Shown one piece after another: positions 1 to 13,600 of a stretch of 64,000 nt of DNA. This DNA comes from Octopus bimaculoides. Taxonomy: Eukaryota. How positions within the stretch are numbered: position 1 is the stretch's first letter; each line of letters starts with the position of its first letter. The DNA lies in NCBI RefSeq assembly GCF_001194135.2, contig NC_069003.1, forward strand, positions 17,443,937-17,507,936. The letters are read 5' to 3'. A model generated the notes under the pieces. The model saw only the letters and a list, made by a program, of their open reading frames with translations. It ran no database searches and was not told the origin of the DNA. Made by a program: the position numbers and the translations under genes.

Positions 1-715
1 CCCCATTCCTTGTGAGTATACTCTGGCACTTTGCCACTATCTCTCTCCTGCACTTTTGCTATCTCTTAATCTCTCTCTCTCTTTCCCTTGCTCTTCCCTC
101 TGGCTGGGTAACCATGTATTTCCTCTATAGCAGCACACCTGTTTCTTCCTTCATCCTTGATCACTCTCTCTCACCACTTCTCTTACTCTTACTTCTGGCT
201 AGGTAACCATGTATCTCCTATACAACAGCACACCTGTTTCTGTCCTCTTTTTCTCACTCATTCTCTCTTGATGGGTAACCATGTACATCTTCCACAGCAA
301 GACATCTCTTTATGTCTCTGTGTCTCTCAGTCACACTCTAACCTTCCATTATCTAACACAAAAATCACCTCCTCCAATGCCCCCACCCCTATCAAAGATT
401 CCTTGTCTTGCAAGTTACTTGGTGACCCTACCAGTGTTGGCGTCACTTAAAAAGCATCCAGTCCACACTGTAAAGTGGTTGGCATTTTAAAGGGCATACA
501 GCTGTAAAAACCATGCCAAACTGACTTTGCATAAAAAGCACTCAGCCCACTCTACAGGGTGGTTGGTGTTAGGACGGGGATCCAACCATAAAAACCATGC
601 CAAAACATACACAGAAGTTTGATGCAGGCTTCTGCCTGGCCAGCTCCTGTCAAACCATCCAACTCACACCAACATGGAAGGAGGATGTTAAGCGATGATG
701 ATATATATATCATCA

Positions 716-1240
716 TCATCATCGTTTAACGTCCGCTTTCCATTCTAGCATGAGTTGGACGATTTGGCTGAGGACTGGTGAACCAGATGGCTGCACCAGG
801 CTCCAATCTGATCTGGCAGAGTTTCTACAGCTGGATGCCCTTCCTAACGCCAACCACTCTGTGAGTGTAGTGGGTGCTTTTACGTGTCACCGGCACAAGG
901 GACAGTCAGGCGGTTCTGGCAACGGCCACGCTCAAAATGGTGTTTTTTACGTGTCACCTGCACAGGAGCCAGTCCAGTGGCACTGGCAATGACCTCACTC
1001 GAATGTTTTGTAACATGCCACCAGCACAAGTGCCAGTAAGGCGACGCTGGTAATGATCACGTTCAAATGGTGCTATTTACGTGCCACTGGCACAGAAGCC
1101 AGACAGCTGCTCTGGCAATGATCATGCTCGGACGGTGCTGTTAGTGCTCTACTGGCACAGGTGCCAGTCATCGAATATGGTTCGATTACGATTTCGATTT
1201 CACTTGCCCCAACAGGTCTTCGCAAGCAGAGTTTAGTGTC
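716..1240 (-). mobile_element. RTE LINE 3' UTR/tail with ~65-bp internal repeat array
   Basis: (CAT)n then the family tail; four to five diverged units; same sequence at 28267-28700, 34926-35420 and 44184-44720. Confidence 0.85.
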
Positions 1241-1531
1241 CAATATATATATATATATACACACACACATATACATACATACACAAATATACACATGTTT
1301 AGTGTTGGCTGTCAGAAGAAAGACCATATAGAAATTAATATTAACTTGCCTAATGACCCTATGAAGATACAGGTGAAACTCCAGGGTAAGCCAGAGGTTG
1401 TCTCCACTGAGGATATAACGACTTCCTTTGTACTAATGGCCATAACCAGAGGGGCTACACACACAAACACACACCACACAGAGGATAATTTAAAAAGATG
1501 ATATGCACGATTAATAATACCAGTTACCTAC

Positions 1532-1661
1532 CATCTCCTTGGAGATTACAATAGCATTTTTCTTCTCATTTGTCACAAGAATGTGGTTTGCTTTCATGAA
1601 CATGTCAATATTACAGAGTGTGTCCACACTCAAAGGACTCCACCGATGCATGACAATTCCA
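1532..1661 (-). CDS. MCM9: MCM9 exon 8 ([44 protein letters not shown])
   Basis: atttcag acceptor, GTAGGT donor; GIVM.RW and KAN motifs. Confidence 0.93.
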
Positions 1662-4600
1662 CTGAAATAATGAACCAATTAATTAAATTGAATGGAATTA
1701 TATCAATGATAACAGACAATTCAAGAGAACACTTACTTTGCACAATTACAAGCTTGGCTTCATATTTGCATGGGTCATATAGAATTAGTTGAAACAGATT
1801 TTCTACAGCTCGATGCCCTTCTTGTCATCCACCCTTACCTGATTCCAAGCAAGATAACATTTCACCCTGACCAAATATGCTTCCATGGAAGATATTGGAA
1901 ATGAAGAAGACTGCTTCTTTGATGGTGATACTTGTTTACAACTATTAAGCAATGTCAATATTACTAGTGTGCATTGAGGATGCATACCTAGTGGTTAGGA
2001 TGTTGCACTCAATTATTGCAAGATTGTGGCTTCAATTCCTGGACCAGATGGTGCATTGAGTTGTTGTTCTTAGGACAGCCAGCTGGCAGAATTGTTAGTG
2101 GCACTTCATCTGTCTTTACATTCTGAGTTTGAAGTCCACCAAGGTCAACTTTGCCTTTCATCCTTTCAGGGCTGATAAAATAAATACCATTTGAGCATTG
2201 AGGTCAATTCAATCAACTAACCCCCATTCTGAACATACTGGCCTTGTGCCAAAATTTGAAACCGAAATTACTAGTCTGCAAGGCAGTGAGCTAGCAGAAT
2301 CGTTAGCATGCCTGGCAAAATGCATAGCAGCATTTTGTTAGTCTTTACCATTCTGATTTTAAGTTTCGCTGAGGTTGGCTTTGCCTTTCATCCATTCGGG
2401 GTCAATAAAATAAGTACCCATTGAGTACCAGGGTTCCGAAATTGTTGGCCTTGTACAAAAATTTGAAACCAATATTACAAATCTGCTGCTCTTCACTTCT
2501 TCCATTCTGCACTGGCGGTAATCTTCTCTCCTACCCTGCCACCCCAATTTCTATAGTTGTTGCTTATTCTTCCTTTGACTATTCTTCAACACTTGCTCAT
2601 TATATTCACCCTCTCACCCACTTCTTATCCCTAACAATATCTGACTCTCCCATACACTCTTGCAACCCCTACCCAACCTCCTATTTTTCTGTCCCCACTC
2701 TTGACCCCTCATCACCACTATTTTTCTCTCTTTCCAGTTTCACCCTGGTCACTTCCACTCTTTCTGAAATTTTCATACATAGTCATATAGCTGTTCCACA
2801 GCAAGAAACCTATTCTAGACTCTTTCCTCTCACTTATTCCCTCATCTAGCATAAAGCTGCTTGAGCTACTATACATATTTAATGATACTGAAACACAAGG
2901 AAAACCCTGATGGTGATAGGAGGGAGTACAAGCACTGCAAGAAAGAAAAAGACCTACCAAATAGTCACATCATCACCTGCTTTACAACTGTCAACCAAAT
3001 CATTCTCCAAGACAACCCACATGGAACGAGGAATTGTACCTAGCAGGAGGTGCTGCACTTGTTCTTGAACCTTGATTTCTTGGTAGTCTTTGCATTTGAG
3101 AGGAACAGTTCCTACAACAATAACAAGAGATATAGTACTAAACTACAACATTGTCACCATCATCATTCAACAGCGTTTCCATGCTGATATGGGTTGAATG
3201 GTTTGACAGGAGCTGCTGAATCAGAAGACTGTGCCAAGCTCTACTGTCTGCTTGACTTGGTTTCTATAGATGGATGCCCTTCCTTATGCCAATCACTATA
3301 CAGAGTGTACTGTGGTGTTTCACATTACACTAGCAAGGTCACTGAATAAGTTGCAAGACAAAACCCCTCAACTGAGGAGGGAGTTGTATTGAGGAGGGTG
3401 GCTTTGTGCCAGGTGATAAGAGTTTAAAGTATGATAGAGGGACAAAAACAAGTGTCTTGCTGCAGAGATATACGGCTACTACAGGTGTAAAAAGAAAGTG
3501 GAGAAAGAAGACGGTAATGAAGATGGTGTTGGGGTATACCCTCAAGTTATAGGGAGGTGAATATAAGTGAAGTGGTAAAAAGGATGAGTGGGCAGGTAAG
3601 TTCACAAGAGAGTAAAAAGAGTGTGAGATAGAGGAAGGGAATGCAATGGGTAGGGGATATCAGAAAGATGAGTTGTGAAGGAATCAACATTGAACAGTTT
3701 AATAAACCTTAGTCCATCTCATAGGAGGAGGTGCAGACATGTTTGTGTGCTCCAGAAGTTTGCTTCCCAACTACAGGGTTTTAAGTTCAGTCCTACTGCA
3801 TGGCACAATGGGCAAGTGTCTTTGGATCTTTGTGGTTTTCGTCACTGTTTACAATTATCTTCAAAAACAATTTTTTAATGTATCATGGATGTAATTTTTG
3901 TTATTCATTTATTCCAGAAAAATTTTGCAAAAATGTTACAGGTATTCAAAATTTGATGATTTTCAGAATTTTCAGCCAATCAGAAAACAGTGCATTCGCT
4001 GCCTCTTCCATCATCAGGGGGTGGGGGAGGCATTGGTATGTCAAAACATTGCTAGAAATAGCAGTCAAAACATTAAAATATATGCAAATGAAGTTAACAT
4101 TAAAACATTTGCAAGCAAATTAAATATTTAAAAACTTTCACACTTACAAACATTCACATACTTCCCTTATACACACATATACTCAGAGTTGAAACGCTGT
4201 TTGATTTTTCTTTTCAGCATTGAATGTTCACCATCCTACTTCCATTGCACACACACACACACACATTCACATACATACCTCTTTTACATATACACACATA
4301 TACTTACACAGAGTTCAAACACTCCCACTACCAGTTTGACATCACCCCTTCCTTCCTTATTCATCTATCACCCCTTCCTTTCTCATTCATATGTTGTGTT
4401 AGAGAAAAACATGAGTATTATTATGGTAGAAGATTATCTTTCTCATATCTCCTTCTCCTCCTTGTGCGCATGCACAGCATCTTTGGTTACTATGGAAACA
4501 GACATTTTCGCCACGGTGATGTGTAAAAAATTTGCTTCTGATTGGTTAAAATACCCAAATTTTGCAAATATTAAAGGCTAGTAACTTTTTAATTATGGAG

Positions 4601-7600
4601 TTATAGGAAAAATGAATTATACAAAACTTAATCCATATACAGAATTTAAAAACAATTGGAACAAAATTGTAAACAGTGACAAAAACCACAAAGATTCGTA
4701 TCTTCTACTATAACTCTTGTGAATGGATTTGATAGACAGAGACTGAAGGAAGCTTGACTATCTTTCTATCTATTTGGTTGCTTTTCTTTCTACCAAATGA
4801 GAAGTTACATTGGGGAGCAGTTATTTTAACAAGTTGTGCTTATTCATCATTGATGAGATACATCTGCACTGATAGATGCTCCTGAACCAGTTGTTGAGTG
4901 TCCCACCTGTGAGAGATCGATGCTAGATGTGTCAAAATAATTGTCGTGATGAATAATAAATTCTCATATATTCAATCTTCCGTCTTTCATTTACCATATA
5001 TATATATATATATATAAAATCATAATCATCATTTAGCATCTGTTGTCCATGTTAGCATGGGTTGGACAGTTTGACCAGGCAGGTAAGCTGAGGAGCTGCA
5101 CAAAACTCTGGTCTGATTTGGTATGGTTTTTACAGCTGGATGCTCTTTCTAATACCAACCACTATGACAGTGTAATGGGTGCTTTTATGTGCCACCAGCA
5201 CAGATGTCAGTTTGCATGACGCAAATATCTGCTATTTCACTTGGCTTGATGGGTCTCCTTCTCAAGCGCAGCATATTGCCAAAGGTTTTAGTCATTTGTT
5301 ATTGCCTCAGTGCTGAGTTTCCCTCTTCCACAGCTTCCTTCCTCTGGTAGAATCAGTACTACTTCACACAACTGTCCACATCCATACGCATCACATGACC
5401 ATACCAATGCAGTTGTCTCCCTAGTACACATCTGATGCTTCTTATGCCCAGCTTTTCTCTCAAAGATGTTTACACTTTGCCGTACATGCACACTGACATT
5501 ACACATCCAGTGAAGCATACTAGCTTCATTTCTTTCAAGCCTAAGCATGTCCTTGGCAGTCACAGCCCATGTTTCACTGCTGTGTAGCATGGCTGTTCGC
5601 ACACAGGCATCATACAATCTGCCTTTCATTCTGAGGGAGAGGCCCCTTTGTTACCAACAGAGGTAGGAGCCCTCTGAACTTTGCCGAACCTATTCTTATT
5701 CTAGCAGCTATACTCTTGGACAATCCACTCCAATGACTGACTTCACCACCTAGATAACAGAGGCTATCAACTACTTCTAGCTTTCCCCTTTGTCATTTGA
5801 TGGAATCTATTTTCTGCACATCTTTAGTGTTAATTGTACCTGTGCTGCTACCACACACAAAAACTATTTTCCCTGTTAACCTTCCTCTGATATTTCTGCA
5901 CCTCTTATGTGTCCATAGGTTACACCAGGTACATATTATGAAATTTCTAACACCTTCCTACTGATCAAGCAGGGCCATCTACCTGATGGGATTTGTGATT
6001 TGTCTGCTTTCCTACTTACTAAGGCTTTGGTTTTTGCTAGGTTAACTCTAAGGCCCTTCAATTCTAGACATTGCTTCCACACCTGAAACTTCTAATTCTG
6101 GAAGTGATTCATCTATAAGAAGCTCATCAACATAGAGGAGCTCCCAGAGGGAGCCTGTCTTCAATTCCTGTGTTATTGCCTGGAGGACTATGATGAACAA
6201 GGAGCTGAAAATTGATCCTTGGTAAACCCCTACTTGTCACCTGAATTCTTTGCTATACTCATTGCCTACCCTCACCTTACTAACAGCATTCCTGTACATG
6301 GCTTGTACAGCTCCCACCAACCACTAGTCTATCCCTAGTTCCCACATTGACCACCAGAAAAGGGAGCGGAGGACCCTGTCAAAGGCATTTTCCATGTCAA
6401 CAAAAGCCAAGTACAGAGGTTTATCTTTGGCTGTGTATTTCTCCTGCAGCTGCACAACCAGAAATATAGCACCAGTGGTGCTTCTGCCTGGCACAAAACC
6501 AAACTGCACCTCGTCTAGACTAACTCTCTCCCTAATTAGTTGGGCTATGGCCCTCTACATGACTTTCATCACCTGATCCAACAACTTGATACCTTTGTAA
6601 TTATTTCTATCTAAGGCATCACCTTTAACTTTGTAGCAGATGACTATGATGCTGTTACACTACTCATTGGGTATGAGTCCTTCATGTACCACCTGGTTAA
6701 CTATACGGGTGATTAGCCCATAACCTACACCGCTACATATTTTAAGCATCTCAGCAGAAATATCTGATGGGCCAGGAGCTTTCCCTGTCTTCATACTCTT
6801 AATTGCTTTATCTACCAAGGTACTATCAATTCAGACAGCTGGTGCCTCAATTGAGTCAACATTTGACAGACTCTCCTTCTCCCATTCATTTTTCTTCATT
6901 TAGCAGCCTTTCATAATGGCATTTCCAAGCCACCTTCTTTGCAGAATCATTAAATGCACATGAACCATCATCCATATGGACACATTTCTCTCCTATGACA
7001 TCATAAAATTTCTCTCACACATTGTCTTGCAATCCAAAACACTTCAAGTCTCTGGTCCTCACATTGGCAAAATTCTTTTCTGTCACTTACCTGGCTAAAT
7101 ATACTTGCCTCCTAGCTTCCCTTCTGGCTATCTAATACAATTCCCTGCTCCAAGCCTGTTTCTTTGCCCTAATGGTCTTGTCTACAGCATCATTCCACCA
7201 CCATGTCACCCTTAGTCTAGATAGGACTTTGCACCATCGGCAGATTTGGTCTGTGGCACTCAGCAAGCTGTCCTGAAGAAATTTCTAGTTGATGATGATG
7301 ATGATGACAAGATACATATATATCATCATCATCATTATCATTTTAATGTATACTATTCCATACTTGCATGGGTTGGACAAGAGTTCACTGGGGCAGATTT
7401 TCTACACTAAGATGCCCTTCCTGTCACCAATTCTTGTTTCCTGTGCGCTCCCACCAATCCTGTTTCCAAGCAAGGTAATATTTCACTAAGACCAGACATG
7501 TTCACAGAATATTGGAAATGAATGACTGCTTGTATGACAGGGACAATCATTTACAACTATCACTCAATGTTATTACAAGGAGAGACAAATACGCAACTGG

Positions 7601-10600
7601 CACCCATTTTAGTGGCACATAAACGCACCCATTACACTCTTGAAGTGGTTGGCATTAGGAAGGGCATCTAGTTGTAGAAACCATGCCAAATCAGACTGGA
7701 GTCTGGTGCAGCCCCTCAGCTTACCAGCCCTGGTCAAACTGTCCAACCCATGCCATCATGGACAATGGACATTAAATGATGATGAAGATATATATGATGG
7801 ATGTCTTTCAATTTCTGCTGACCAAATCCACTCACTTGAGCTCCAATGTCTGCTTTGACATGGTTTTTGTGATTAGACACCCACCCTAATGCCAAATACT
7901 TTATAGTATGTACTGGGTGCTTTTTTCATGGCACCAGTACTAGTTAGGCCACTACGGAGCCTGCACAACTAAGATCCCCTGCAACTTTGTGGGGTTACAG
8001 TACAGAGGGAGGCAGCTCTAGTAGATGAGATGAGATGTAAAAGTATGAGAGAAGGTGCCTAGAAAAGAACAATGAAAATGAGTTAGGGAAGTAACTCAGA
8101 GTGGCCAGTGTTGCAGAATATAAAAAATAAATACAGAAGTAAGTATATCAAATGATCAGGATGTATCTATAATGATGACACAATGTTATTTAGGAGGAGT
8201 ACAAAGTTCAAATAAGTATATCAAATACCAAATCATCACTAGTTCTTAAAACACAGAAATACAAATTAAGGACTTACCTTTGTCACTCAAAGAGACCAAT
8301 TTCATTGAGTGGCAGGAGTCATTCTGACATTTCAGAGCTTTAAAATTATAATAATGTTCAATATTTGCCTACAACATGAAGGATGAGATGATCAAAATAT
8401 GCCTACATTGATAGCATAGTGTTATTTAGAAGTCCAAATGAAACCCTTCCACTAAGATCTCAGGACACTTCTTTACTAAACAGTCATCATACATATGCAT
8501 TAAACATCTGCATCAATAGTAATTTTTCTCTCTCTCTCTTATATCCTGTTCTCTCAGATCGTTTATACTCTGTCACTTATACACACTAACATTATACATC
8601 CAGTAGAACATGCTTGCTTCATTTCTCTCCCACCTTGCACATCCTCTGCATTCAATGCCTATATTTCACTACCATACATGACACAAGCGTCATACAATTA
8701 TTGTCACATAAAAAACTTTATTCACTGTCAGCCTGCCTGTGATTCCAGCACAGTTCTTGTGCACCTAGAGTTCACATAGAGTACACCACATACAGTTACT
8801 ATTTACTCCATATCAAACTAATGACAATGATATCACCTCAAGGAAACAACAATATAACATATTAAAAGTGATACAGGAAGAGCAGGATGTACTCACTGAC
8901 TTGAGGGAAGGAGATAGGGACAGTAGTAGAAGATAGGGCTCACTGTCCTAGCAAAGAAGAGGAGAGGAGGATGAAAATATGTACTGACCTGGTAAGTGAA
9001 GATCTGTTTACAACTGGTACACATGAATTCTCGCTCAAATTCTAAAACTTTTATAGCAGAAGTCTGGATAACCGTAACTTAGAAAGAAAGAGAGAATACA
9101 GAGAGAATGATATAAACAGAAGGACACATCATGGACATGCTTACAAAATCAAAAAACGACACAGCAACCATGACTTTCAGAAATATTTTTTCATGCTCAG
9201 AATTACTGAAGCTTGGAATACATTACCTGCATCACCGTTAGCTGTCAGAACATTATAGCTTTCAAAATCCTGAAATTCGCCAACAGTTCATCTGATGTCC
9301 CCATCTTTTTTCTTTTAAGACTTATTCACTGTTCACTTCCTGTGCAGAGGTGAAGAGGTAGCAGATGAAGAGGGATGAAGTGGTGAGGACTAATCTTAGG
9401 ATGTTAGGGCTCATGGAGGAAATGACAATGGACGAGATGTCTGGAGTTATGGGGTTCCAGAAAAGACCCGTTCATGTCAGCGTAACTGAGTGCTAGAAGT
9501 GTTGTGTCCCACTCACACAAAATTAAATTAAATACCTTACCCTTAGAATCCAAACTACATCTCTCCCAAAATGTATCTTGTCTCTTCCTCACATTTCCTC
9601 TTCATACAATATAGTTTTCTCCCACTCCCCATCTTTGACCTGCTCACTGTATCCCTGCTTTCTCCATCCCCTCTTTATACCCAGGTCCTCACCAGTCACT
9701 GCAATCCCCATGCCCACTCCCTACTTGCACCTCTTGGCAATACCTGGCAACATATATGTTCCACTACCTTGAAGGTATGCCCTGGCAATTGCCACAATTT
9801 ATCTCTCTCTTCCTTACTCTACCATCCTATCTATGCTCTGAACCCTGTTCTTTCTGAGTATCCCTGGCACTTCACCATCATCTCTCTCTTGCACTTTTGC
9901 TGTGCCCCACTCTCTCTCTCTCCTTTGCTCTTCACTGGGTAACCATGTATCAGATCTGCAGCAGCACACCTGTTTCTGCCACTCTCTCCCTCTCTCTCTT
10001 TTTCTCTTTTTCTATACCTCGTGTATAGTAAGACAGTTCCTGTTTCTCTATCACACTCTAATCTTTCATCAACTGACACAAGATCACCTCCTCTAATGTC
10101 CCCTCCCCTCTCAGAATTCCTTGTCCTCCTAGTTACTTAGTGATCTGGCTGGAACTAGTGCCAATAAAAGAGCATCCAGTCCACACTGTGAAGTGGCTAC
10201 CATTTGGGAGGGCATCCAGCTGTACAAACCATGCCAAAACTGACTTTGCCTGAGCTACTGCCATGTAAAAAGCACTCACTCCACTCTACGATGCAGTTGG
10301 TGTTAGGAAAGGCATCCAGCTGTAAAAACCATGCCAAAACAGGCACTGTAGCCAGGTATGGTCTTCTATCTGGCACGCTCCTGTCAAACCCTCCAACCCA
10401 TGCCAGCATGAAACACAGACGTTAAATGATGATGATGATTATATATATACTGGGTTGGTGCATAATTATTGCGGCTTTTTCAACAAATTTTATTCAACAA
10501 AAACAATATTTAACAAAAACATCTTTAAATGACGGTCTGACCGTCTAACAAGCAAATAGGAAGCAATAATTGAAGTAGATGGTGAATATGCTCTGGAATA

Positions 10601-13600
10601 ATCATTTAAAGATGTTTTTGTTGAAAAACAGCTGCAATAATTATGCACTCATGTCAATACCCATGCCCCTTACTGATTTAGGCTCTGGGATTGTAATTCC
10701 CTGTGAACCAGTGTACCCTGTAAGTTTCATATTCAGTTTTGGACACTGGTAGCACAGGGTTTGGAATTTTTCAGCATTAAACTGCATATTATTATCCTCA
10801 GCCCATCTGTAAATTGAGTCCAACTCCTGCTGCAGATGTGCAACATCACTGGGGATCTGTATTTTCTGTGAGACTTTCGTATCGTCTGTGTAGCTAGCAA
10901 GTGTGCCTATCTGAGAGGGCCACTATGAAAAGCAGTGGTCCCAAGACAGTGCCCTGTGGAACACCACTCACTATTTGTGTTTTTCTTTGAGGTGGCTCCA
11001 TTGGCCACTACTGCCTGACTTCTATCTTTCAGAAAGTCATGTAACCACTCTCCAAGTTTTCCAGCTATGCCGAGATCACGCAGTTTGTGGCATATCATAC
11101 CATGATCCACTTTGTCAAAAGCTTTTGCAAAATCAAGGTATATTACGTCCCCATTTAAGTTGAGTAAATGCCTCAACACCCAGTCATAATGTTGTAAGAG
11201 CTGAGTCAGGCAGCTCCTACCTGGTCGGAAGCCATGCTGGGTATCACTCAGCGAGTTATTTTCTTCAAGGAATGCGATTAGTTTTCCTTTGACTATCCAT
11301 TCCATGACTTTGCTGATGTGTGAAGTCAGGAGATAGGCCTATAGGTTTTGGCATCTGCTCTGCTTTCCCCTTTATGGAGTGGGCATATTATTCCCTCCTT
11401 CAGCTTGCTTGGCAGTCTGCCATTTGCAAGAAAGCTCTGGAAGAGAATCTGGAGGGGTTTTGCCAGGGCACGCTTACACGATTTGAGGAGGGTTGCTGAG
11501 AAACCATCAGGACCAGGAGTTGAGTTTGTGTCCACCTCATCTATAGCTAGTTGTATATCTTCTTTGCTAAATTTGATGAATTCCATTGTAATTGCCTCAC
11601 TGGTTATAGGTGAGGCGGCAAAGAAGTTCACTGGTTCGTTCACTTGTCTGTATTCTAACGGGGTGGTAAAGATACTTTTGAACTGGTCGTTCAGTACCTT
11701 ACTGATTCTGGTTGGACTCTTCCTTATGGAAGAGGGGGTCCTATTTTGTAGCGTACTGAGGTTGTTTCTTTCGTGTAATGAAAGAAGGCCTTTGGGTTTG
11801 ACTTAATGTTTTTTATAACCCAGGCTTCTTTGCCTGCTCTCTCCCTCACATAGGATTGTTGCAGCCTTTTTTCAATCTCCATCACTGTTGTTTTTAGGCA
11901 GGACCTTTCGCTACTTTTGGGATGTTGGTTGAGTTGATTTGCAACCTTCATCCATCATCTCATGAGGATCTTCCTCTCCCATGGAATCTTGTTCCTATTT
12001 GTTTTGGCCTTGTACTCTGGGACATATTTCTAGCATATGGCTTGTACAACAGACATGAAACATTCTAGTTTCATGCCAATGTCTGGTGTGGAGAGACATT
12101 TCGGCCAGTCCTGTCTGAGGATCTCTTTTTGGATCGATTTCCAGTCTGCTTTGTGGAAGTTCAGATTGGAATAATTTCGGGTGTTTCCTTTAGGTTGTAT
12201 GTCTCTGGTTACTTTCGGCCCAAACATAGCTCTATTATGTTGTGATCCGAAACTAATGTCGGCGTCACTTTCACATCATGAATGATGTCGATATTGTTCG
12301 TGAAGCAGAGATTCAAAATGTTATTTGCCCTAGTTGGTCTGAGTACAGCTTATTCCATGAATAGGGCATTGGTGAGGTTGAGCAGGGACTCCACCTGTGC
12401 TTGCTTTCAATGAGTTATTCCTGAAAGCATGAGACCTTCAGGCCATTTGACGTTGGGGAAGTTGAAATCACCCATAAGAAATATGATCACGTGGTGTTCC
12501 AGTTTCATGAGGATTTCTTTAATTCTTGTGAGGCAATCTTCAAACTAGCCTATGTGGTTTGGAGCATCTGGTGGGCAAAATGTATTGCATATGACTATAT
12601 TGTGTTGTCTTATGTATACAATTAAAATGTCACATACTGAATTTGACAGTAAAACCTGGGGTGTGAGGTCATCACAGATATATACAGCAACTCCACCATG
12701 GCTCCTTTCCCTTCTGTCTGTTCACAGTATGGCATATTTTAGTTAGTGTACTTCTGCATCCTCTATATCAGGGCTGAGGTGAGTTTCCATGAGTGCTATG
12801 CATAAGGCTTGATTGCATGCAGCAAAGTCTCTCAGGAAAGAAATTTTGCTTTTATTATGATGCAACAGGCCCCCAATATTTGGTAAAAATATTGGCATGA
12901 CAACTGTGCAAGCGTTAGGGGAGGCCATCCTGTGTCTGTTGACTGTAGTGGTCTTGCGCAGTGGTGGGCAAGGTACCTTGTTTGCACTCGGTGTAGTCAG
13001 GTCAGCTGCTGCACAATCTTTTGCGCCATGTACAAAAAAGACTCTTGCTCAGCTGCTGTTGCCTTACACATAACCTCTGAAGAGCACACTTCTTTTGTAA
13101 ATTTTTTCCTTGGAGACGTTTGTTGTCTTTCCTGTAGTTTTGGCAGGGCGTCGGGTGGGCAAACCGGCAGTTTTTGCTGTCTTACCCATGCCAACATTTG
13201 CCTTGCAGGTAAAATCTGCAGGTCCTTGAGTGCCTTTCAATATATATAAAGTGGGGGGAAATAAATATTCGTACATGTCAAAATTCTTTATTTATTTAAT
13301 TTCTAATGAACATAAATGGGATATACCAATACTATATTTGCATACACATGCATAAACTAAGAATATGCAAAAGAAACTAATAAATTATAGTAACTAATGA
13401 ATTTATATACAATTACAAATATTTAGGGGTGAAAAAAGTATTCATACAGAATAAATTTATGATTTTCTGTGCCACAAAATACTGTTAAAATAATTTTTTT
13501 CTACTAGAACTTTCTCATTTGTTCCAAAGATACCTTCCCCTGTCCCACTACCTTAGTTTCCTATCCCTCAATTCTGTACCCCACTCAGTTGGGGGGACTT

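Noticed and set aside
880-1200. Regularly spaced units here, in the 77-bp satellite and in the 35-bp array as CRISPR arrays
   Set aside because: Eukaryotic context, no invariant repeat with unique spacers, no cas genes.
1345-1455. Open stretch with AG...GC-AAGT ends as a ninth MCM9 exon
   Set aside because: Stop codon in the required phase, no MCM9 similarity; resembles repeat sequence near 59300.
2280-2400. SINE heads as tRNA genes
   Set aside because: A/B-box remnants only, no cloverleaf, and fused to SINE bodies; no rRNA, tRNA or snRNA genes were recognised in the window.
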